The notes beneath the pieces were generated by a model. That model saw only the letters and a list, made by a program, of their open reading frames with translations. It had not been told where the DNA came from and searched no databases. Position numbers and translations under genes: made by a program. A DNA stretch of 64,000 nt, from NCBI GenBank assembly GCA_951406725.2, contig OX597838.1:24428001-24492000 (forward strand), written 5' to 3'. Shown piece after piece: positions 1 through 64,000 of the stretch (the stretch's first letter is position 1; every line of letters begins with the position of its first letter). The DNA is from Octopus vulgaris (lineage: Eukaryota).

Positions 1-189
1 CTTTAGGTATAAGAAAATACAGGAAGATCGATTAATTAGGATTTTATTCAATATATTTCCCTCTCAGATTCACACTTATTGCAGCGGTTCTTCATTTTAT
101 TCTAAGCCCTGTAAAAGAACTTAGGTTGGGCCTCTACCCAGGTTTTTCGCAATAACCTTGTAGCATGGAGCTTTTCAAAACTCCCCCAT

Positions 190-1000
190 ATACTAGGTGC
201 TTTGCAGTATTTGTTTCAGTTCTTTATATTCTTAGTTCAACTCCCACCTTAAGTTAACTTTGCTTTTCATCCCTCAGGGGTTGATAAAATAAAGTACCAA
301 TCATATTCTGGGGTTAATGGTATTAACTAATCCCTCACCTTTTGTTTGGTGTGTTAATGATTCTGCCAGCTTGCCATTTTAATAATAATAATCCTTTCTA
401 CTATAAGCGCAAGGCTTGGATTTTGTGGGGAGCTGGGCAGTCGATCACATCAACCCAGTACTCAACTGGTACATAATCTATTGATCCCGAAAGGATGAAA
501 GGCAAAGTTGACCTTGGCGTAATTTGAACTCAGAACATAGCGACAGATGAAATACCACTAAGCATTTCATCCAACATGCTAACAATTCTGCCAGCTCACC
601 ACCTTAATAATAATGATTTCAAATTTTGACATAAGCCCAGGGAGGGGATAAATCAAGTACATTGATCCCCAGTGTTCAATTGGTACTTATTTTATCAATC
701 CCCAAAGGATAAAAGGCAAAGCTGACCTCGGTGGAAACATTTTGCCCAGCATGCTAACAATTCTCCCAGCTCACTACCTTTTTAATAATAATAGTTACTA
801 ATTTAGGCACAAGGCAAGCAACTTTTAAGGGAAGAAGTTAGACAATTACATCAACCCAACTACTTAATTGGCACCTATTTTATTAAACCCAGAGGTGAAT
901 AACAAAGTCAACCCTGGAGCGGTTTGTACTCAAAATGAAAATAGCCAAAAACAAATACCACAAAAGATTTTCTCCAACCCTCTTAATAATTCTGCCCACA
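190..1000. mobile_element. Cluster of about 4 octopus-type SINEs (core ...GAAAGGCAAAGTTGACC...GAACTCAGAAC...CTGCCAGCTC)
   Basis: repeated core in both orientations; also near 6185, 20815, 30885, 37980, 43705, 43930; boundaries approximate. Confidence 0.75.
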
Positions 1001-1091
1001 TAATCTTATTTCCTATTGTAAAAGTGGTTAAGTAAACTGTCATCAACAAATTAAAACAAAACCAAAAGCCAAGATGAAATACATAGCTGTA

Positions 1092-1097
1092 TTTATT
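1092..1097 (-). promoter_or_regulatory. Candidate AATAAA polyadenylation signal for the distal exon (3'UTR about 1.6 kb)
   Basis: plus-strand tttatt; followed on the minus strand by U/GU-rich sequence and then a SINE cluster. Confidence 0.4.
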
Positions 1098-1460
1098 AAA
1101 ATATTTTTGTTTTTAATTACTTCAAAAGAAAAAAATTGGTACGGCAAGAGTTTATATTACAACAATTTTATTATAATTAAATTTTCCACTAATGAATAAC
1201 AGAATGATCAAAGTGATAAATACACCAACACAGAATTGTTGTTCTTTAATATTAATGGGTGGGTAGTAGTAGTAGTAGTTGCAGCAGCAGCAGTACGAAC
1301 CAACCAGTCCGTCAGCAACAGTCCAGTTCCACTGTCTTCTAGCGTTCACCACTAGACAATGCTGGGCCAAATCTACAGATGGAAAAAGTGTGTAGGGGCA
1401 GGGCAGGGTGGTGGGGAAAGGGTTACAGAGAGCAAAACCAGATTCAACTAGTTCGTAATA

Positions 1461-1463
<3 letters not shown>

Positions 1464-1499
<36 letters not shown>

Positions 1500-1507
1500 G
1501 TGCGCGC
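1464..1507. repeat. (TG)n microsatellite in the 3'UTR
   Basis: seen directly. Confidence 0.9.
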
Positions 1508-2683
1508 ATAGACTTAGAAATAAAATTTTAAAATTAGCAGAGCTAGGCTAGTTCCAGTATCTTTGGGGATTAAAAGGGGATGGGGAAACAAATTGGAGGT
1601 TTCTGACATTCCAACCGATGCCAAATCAAGACAAAGAACTATGATAGTTTAATTACGTTTGAGTTCTAAAACTGAAAAACAGAGAACAGTTTGTTTTTGT
1701 TTTTTTGCCATAAGTTAAGCCTTAAATAAAAACTCAGAGATCGATAAATTAATATTCAAGCCATAGACTGGTGTGTTGCGACAGATACAACATTACACCC
1801 ACAAATATGTGTATATTTGCTTATTGGATGTTCATCAGATGACTTTTTTTTTGTTTTGTTTCACTGAGCTGGGTTTGTGGAAAAGTGCAGAGGGGGAGGA
1901 AAAGAGGGAGAGAGAGAACATATCTGCACTTGCAGTTATGCACCACACTCAGATCTCTACACCGATTACAGCAAGAGAACATAAAACTCAGAGAGCAGAA
2001 TAGGTGACAGGCAGGTTGGCCAGTTGGCTGGTGATGTGTGCTAATTTTAGTAGGTTATACCAAGTTTAGACCAATAAAATATGGGACCAACCAATATTAA
2101 ATAAAAAAAAAAATTACAGAAATTAAAAAAAAAGAATACAGTAAGAAAGTGGGGGTGGAGAAAGATGAAGGGTAGAAATAATAAGGAATTGGGAGTAGGG
2201 GTGAACCCCACCCCTTACAGACTAAGCCAATGAAGTCACCGGACAAATAAAACAAACGTCATTGCTTGGTTAGACTGAATGTCAGGGCGATGAGGGGAGC
2301 GGGGGTTTCATACAATTTCAGAGAATTCTGTTGTTCATATGATATGCATTGACTTTTTTTTTCTGTTTTCTTTTTTTTTTGTTTTAACAAAACAATAAAC
2401 AAAAACACCAATGGTCAGCAAAGACTAAGAGCTGTTGTTGTTGTCGTCGTCATTTGTCTGTGTTGGTGATATTGGATAGTGGCGATGGTGAGCAACAGGT
2501 TACTAAAAAACAAAAAACTTCTTGCCGGGACAAAGGGCTCCCTTACCCTAATCCACCCCACCCACAAGGGGACGCAAGAGAGATAGAGATAGATATAAGA
2601 TCTATTTAGAGGTCGGAAGTTTTCGAGACAGATATTGATATTTTTCTTTAGTTGCTTATTCTTTTGGGGGGTATTAACCTAAT

Positions 2684-58601
<55,918 letters not shown>

Positions 58602-61600
58602 CTAAAAAATTGAAAGATTAACAGGCATTAAAAACAAGTCAATATATAAATATACACATTTTCATTCCCTTTTACTCACACATACATGCACAGACTTCAT
58701 TTCACACTTAGAGAAGATTCAATATAAATTGCCAAAAGCCATCTAACAAGTGTCACGCTACAAAATTTTATTAAAAATTACACAAAAAAATGAGAAAGTG
58801 ATTGCCACCAATTGTAGTTTTTTTTTTTTTTTTTTCATTTGTTACTTATGAGTTGTTTTATTATTTGTATCTGAAGAACCTACATTGAAAGTTTACAATA
58901 CTGAATCTCTTAAACTAACCAACTTGGTACATTTAAACCAATTGGTTACAGTAGTTCTAACATTTACTGATTAACAAAATATTCAATAAGGAACTACACG
59001 TCAAAAATTACCACTTAAATTTTCATCATTTCCATCAGTGCATTCATTTCATAAATACCATTTTTTGTTTTATCATTTAGGACTTCTGACCTGAAGACCA
59101 TAAAACCATTCTTCAACACACCATGAGAAGCCAGTAATTACTGCTAAAAATTCTTGAACGCAAAATAGTACGGTACCAAATATTAAATACACTTCCCTCT
59201 CACACACACACACCAAACAATGCCAACTCATATCCATCATACTGTAGTTATCAACAAGGATGCTGTCAATATCCTACATCTATGAGGAAATGCAGTAAAC
59301 ATACAGTAAATATACTTAATGCCAGTACTGGGAATAAGAATTCCCATTACTATTTCTCCATAGCTAGTATATTTACTATATATATATATATATATAAATA
59401 TATATATATAAAATTATAAAACCAACTCATTTTCACATCCATTCACAAACTCGTATCCCTGATATAATCATTTGCATGTTTGGTAAGGCCACCAAACTAC
59501 CTCTCTATTCCAATAATTCAGTCAGTTGGACAGAGAGATAAAGCATAGCATTGTGCTTTGTTAATAGCAATACTGAATTCATTTTTTTTTACCAATACCA
59601 TAATAAGTTGATATAACAGAATTTGTTGATATTCTTTACAATATCATGGAAATTGTGTTAACAGCTTACAGCCGCTTACTTGAAATTAAATACCAAGACA
59701 AAAAAATTTTAAGATTAGAGTGTAGAAGTTTTTAATGAATACCAACAAGTTATGTAATTACTTACCTGCAGAAGTAATCATTTCTCAGCGATTTTATTAA
59801 CATACTTAAAAATCAACTAAAACACGTCTGACAAATGAGCATAAGTTTTCATGAAGACATTAAACAAAAATTATTTCAAATAAAACGGAAATTAGCTTTA
59901 CACTTTCATTTTAAAAACAAAACACTGGAGAACAATAATGTTTCAGATTTCAAAAGGTTTTATAACATAGATCCTGCAGCCTGAAAGGAAACTACATTAC
60001 ACACAAACACACACACATATATATATATATGAAGAGAGAGAGAGAGAGAGAGACACATACAAACGCACGCACATGTGTGCGTTCTTGTGTTCTGAAGTTC
60101 AACAAGCAGTAAAGCAATGTATCAGTAAAGAGAGTGAATGAATTATTATAAATGAAAAACATACAAAAAGTCTTGTAAAATTCAGTTACCCAGGGTTTCT
60201 GGGTAAAATATTGAATTTCACCATTTTTCAAGCTTGCAATGTCCACAAGATAGTTTAGTAACTGCATTTGATGTAAAGTTTAAATATTTCAACCAGGAAA
60301 CCATGGACAGCTGGAATTCACAAGATTTTTTCTGCATTTCGGATAGATAGACAAACATGTATGTATGACCAAAATTTTTTATATTGTAAAAACTCCACCG
60401 AAACTAATTAAACATAAAAATATTATTTCTTCTACAGTGTCAATACTAAAATCACCTTTTCAAGATTATCAGAATATGGATAATGTGAGAATTTAATGGG
60501 TTAATATGATTTGAGCACTGAATTTAACACGTAATGAACAGTTGCATGTACATACTGGGTTTTCCATCTAAATTGACCAGCACAACCAGTGACGCTGGTA
60601 GATGGTTTGATGGGGGTTTTTTTCCCCCCGCAGCAGTTGAGTGATGTAGGTATTACAATACTCTACATTGAAACAACCAACCTTTGACTGTTTTTTTTTT
60701 CCTTCTTCAGGTCAAGTATACTCACTTCACTGATCCACAGGACATTTACTTTCCACTCAAATGGTGTCAATGAGGACACATGTATCAAGATACATACACA
60801 CACACACACACAGAGACAGAGGCTTCCTTTCTGTCTCTGTCAACCAATTCTGCTGATAAAGAATCAGTCCAAAACTATAATAGAAGACACCTAACAAAGA
60901 TGCCATGTAGTAGGACTGAACCCAAAACCATGTTACTGCAAAGCCAACTTCGTACGCACACAGCGATGTATATAAAATGTGTATTCAACTTACATCATAC
61001 CTAAGTTGCTCTTCAATGAAAAAACGTGCAAGTAATTATATTCTCAACTAAACCTTTCAGTTCAATGCACCACCATCTCTAGGTGATACAACAGAAAAAC
61101 CAGAAGCACAGTTAAATATCGGGCATCAGTTGAAATGGTGGTGAATAAGAATCAACAGAAGAGAATACGTTTATTTTAACTAGAGCTTAGCAATCTAAGC
61201 TGAAATTTTGAAGGTACAGAAGTGGTCATTATAAATGAAATGTCTAAAAATTAGAATGTTCCGACAGTTTAATAAAAAAAGAATGTAATGTGTTTCTCTA
61301 GTGTAATTTGAAGTGATAATAGAAGAAAAAGTGTTATTGCTTGCTTTGAATGTCAAAGAGAGAGGGTGAACAGAAACAATGAGAGCAGTTTAGTTTAATT
61401 CAAAGAGAAAAATCAAACAGATACAACCATGTGAATGTAAATTAAAAGAGCATTTAATTTCACAATACAGAATATATAAAGTAACTGCACAAACAGATCT
61501 ATCAAATTTTGTGACAGCTAGAAAAATTATCTACAATTAATAGTTATACAAAACTGTAAAATTAAAAATGAACATATTCTTGACAATTCCAAAATTAAGC

Positions 61601-63427
61601 CAATGCTGCACAAAAGAAAAGAAATTAAGTAATATTCCCAATTTGGCTTTGAAAGAAAGGAAGGAAAAAACTTAAAACTCTTAAAATCTGAAACATTATT
61701 TAAGCCAGTTTATAAATACATAAAAATGTCAGTTACATTGCAAAAATGAACTATGGTTTTTTTTGAGGTTTTTTTAAAGTTCCAAATGTCAACTTCATGT
61801 AAACTTACCATTTTCAAAGTGAAAAGTCATTAAATGTGCCACAATGAGAATTAAATAAAATATCAAATGGAAAATTATTCAATTGATAAATATAAAAAAA
61901 AACAAAGCATGACAAAAAGCCTTAATTGAAAAATAAAACATCCCACCTACCAGTTTCTGTAAGTCCTTCCGTCACAAAGTGGAAGGAAAACACAGCTATC
62001 ACAAAAGCAACAGCTGCCAGGATCAGGAATTAACGAGCAATTTAATGATGTAGCACTTTTACAACAAAAAAGTAATAATAATATATAAAGCATTAACTTC
62101 CTTTTGGACACCTATTCCTTTTTTTATATATATAAAGGTGCACAGGTTAATAAGCGGTTTCTATAGCAAAAGTGTATTCATAAAAACGACGGGATACTTC
62201 AGCAGCTCTCCTCAACAAAACATTGCTAAGTGATAATTAATCCAAGTACAACGGAATAGTAACCCCAAATATTTAGGATTCCTTCTTCAAATTGACTGAA
62301 CTGTAAAAAGACAATGTTCACTATTATTTAGGAACATTATTTGAACTTGAATTCATGCCAATTTACAAGAGAGATAAAATCTGGATACCTGCAGCTAACA
62401 GAAGTAGATTATATTAATAACAACCAAAAGGAGAGTGTTCTTTCAACACTGTGATGTATGAAGTTTGAACAACAAGCATGCAAGTCAGAAAATACGGAGC
62501 TCTGCATGCTGCCACTAAAACTGCTGCACTGCAATGGTTACGGTGATTAAAACAGCCTACCAGAGAAACCAGTCTAAATTCAGTGTACTGTCAACCAAAT
62601 AAACATTTGGGAAATTAAAGTACTATTTCAGAGAAAACTCATGTGGGGTGTTTCTTGTTTTGTTTTCTGTGGGGGTCAGCATATTACATGCAAAATTAGA
62701 AGCATGTTTCCAGTATGTTTGTCAGTTAGTGTGTGTGTGTGGAGGAGAAATATTTCAAGTGTTAAAGGTTATAAAATACAGAATTTGTATATTGCTGGAA
62801 ATTTAAATAGGAAACGACATTGAATGAAAGAGACTGCAAAAATCAAATTTTTCAGCAATTCCAATGACGGAAAATCCTTCAAGAAATAGTTGATTTAAAC
62901 CATAGAATGCCACTGGCATGCATACTAGCTACACAAAGCAAGCATCAATATATCAGAAAAGGAATAGTACTCCATCTAACAAATAAATGACTTATTGCGA
63001 GCTTCAGAAGATTCCCACCACTCAAGGTTAGCTAAAGATTTTAACCTCTAAATTGAATTTTAACACAAACTGTCATTTATGGTAAAATACCACTTCTTTG
63101 TAAGAAATAAAACCAATGTTTTTTGTACTTTGCAGGTTTTAATGCATTTCATTATCCCAGTGAATAAACAAAGCTGATGTTAATGTGCATAGAAAGCAGA
63201 TTAGTTTGTACACCATGTACACAAAACAGAATTGCCTATTACATTAATTAAACAGTGATGATCAATATTATTATAATGAATGGTCACTCCCAATTAATAT
63301 TAGCAAACAGAATTATTAAAATAAAAGCATAAACTTGTACTATGCAAACAAATGAAGCTATAGTGCAAAAATAGTAAACCTAAGATTAAAAGACTCATTT
63401 TCTTTCCATCATACGGCAGAAGAAAAA

Positions 63428-63439
63428 TGTATATATGTA

Positions 63440-63502
<63 letters not shown>

Positions 63503-63513
63503 GTATATATATG

Positions 63514-63594
<81 letters not shown>
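63428..63594. repeat. Long interrupted (TA)n microsatellite
   Basis: seen directly; source of the spurious IYIYIY ORFs. Confidence 0.95.
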
Positions 63595-63598
<4 letters not shown>

Positions 63599-63681
63599 CA
63601 CACTATTCCAATAAATATACACCAAGTAAAAATTCAAATATATTTTTACTCATATTTTACCGAAGATAAATTGAAAAACAA

Positions 63682-63922
63682 TTAATCCTTTAACATTAAA
63701 ATCAGCCATATCCAGCCAAAATATTCTGCCACATGTTCAAATTGGGCAGATTCAACCTATCACACCTACCCTATAATGTCATTGTAAAAAAAAAACAATA
63801 AAAAAAAAACAATCACTTTATCAAAAATCTTGAAGCCACAAAACAAAGAAAAGATTAATTCAAAACAATGTGAATAAATAAACATTACATTTGGCAAAAG
63901 AGTCTGAGTGCTAAAGGGTTAA
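63682..63922. mobile_element. Family-1 TTAA MITE
   Basis: TTAATCCTTTAACATT ... TGCTAAAGGGTTAA. Confidence 0.75.
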
Positions 63923-64000
63923 GAGCAATGAAGTTTTCATAGAGAGCAAAAGTTTAAATCTGCATTTGAGAAGAAACAACCGAGGAATATATACCAGATA

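Noticed and set aside
59759-59790. CAG|GTAAGT donor upstream of the chromodomain-1 exon
   Set aside because: Adjacent sequence encodes no PHD-finger residues; the real upstream exon lies outside the window.
63300-63669. IYIYIY ORFs, and similar short F/Y/K-rich ORFs across 10-17 kb
   Set aside because: Translations of microsatellites and homopolymer tracts.

Overview
AT-rich, repeat-dense eukaryotic genomic DNA. The SINE and MITE families look like those of Octopus; this is recognition, not a database result. Almost the whole window is the 3' part of one minus-strand gene, a CHD3/CHD4/CHD5 (Mi-2, NuRD ATPase) orthologue. I traced 30 coding exons from 58601 down to 2684, all GT-AG with consistent phases, 5085 nt in total (about 1694 aa plus stop). 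They encode two chromodomains, the SNF2 ATPase (Walker A GLGKT, DEAH), helicase-C, DUF1087/DUF1086, a long charged linker and CHDCT2. The N-terminal and PHD exons lie beyond the right edge of the window. Main points of interest: (1) a U12-type minor intron in CHDCT2; (2) a distant last exon carrying a C-terminal SUMO-interacting motif (DIICIDDD*) that competes with an immediate read-through stop and candidate alternative exons in a 14.8-kb intron; (3) a young 96-nt tandem duplication spanning a splice acceptor, giving two in-frame acceptors; (4) a 35-unit tripeptide coding minisatellite; (5) intronic fold-back transposon structures that could be ADAR substrates; (6) two candidate intronic small RNAs. 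Most short ORFs in the supplied track are spurious.
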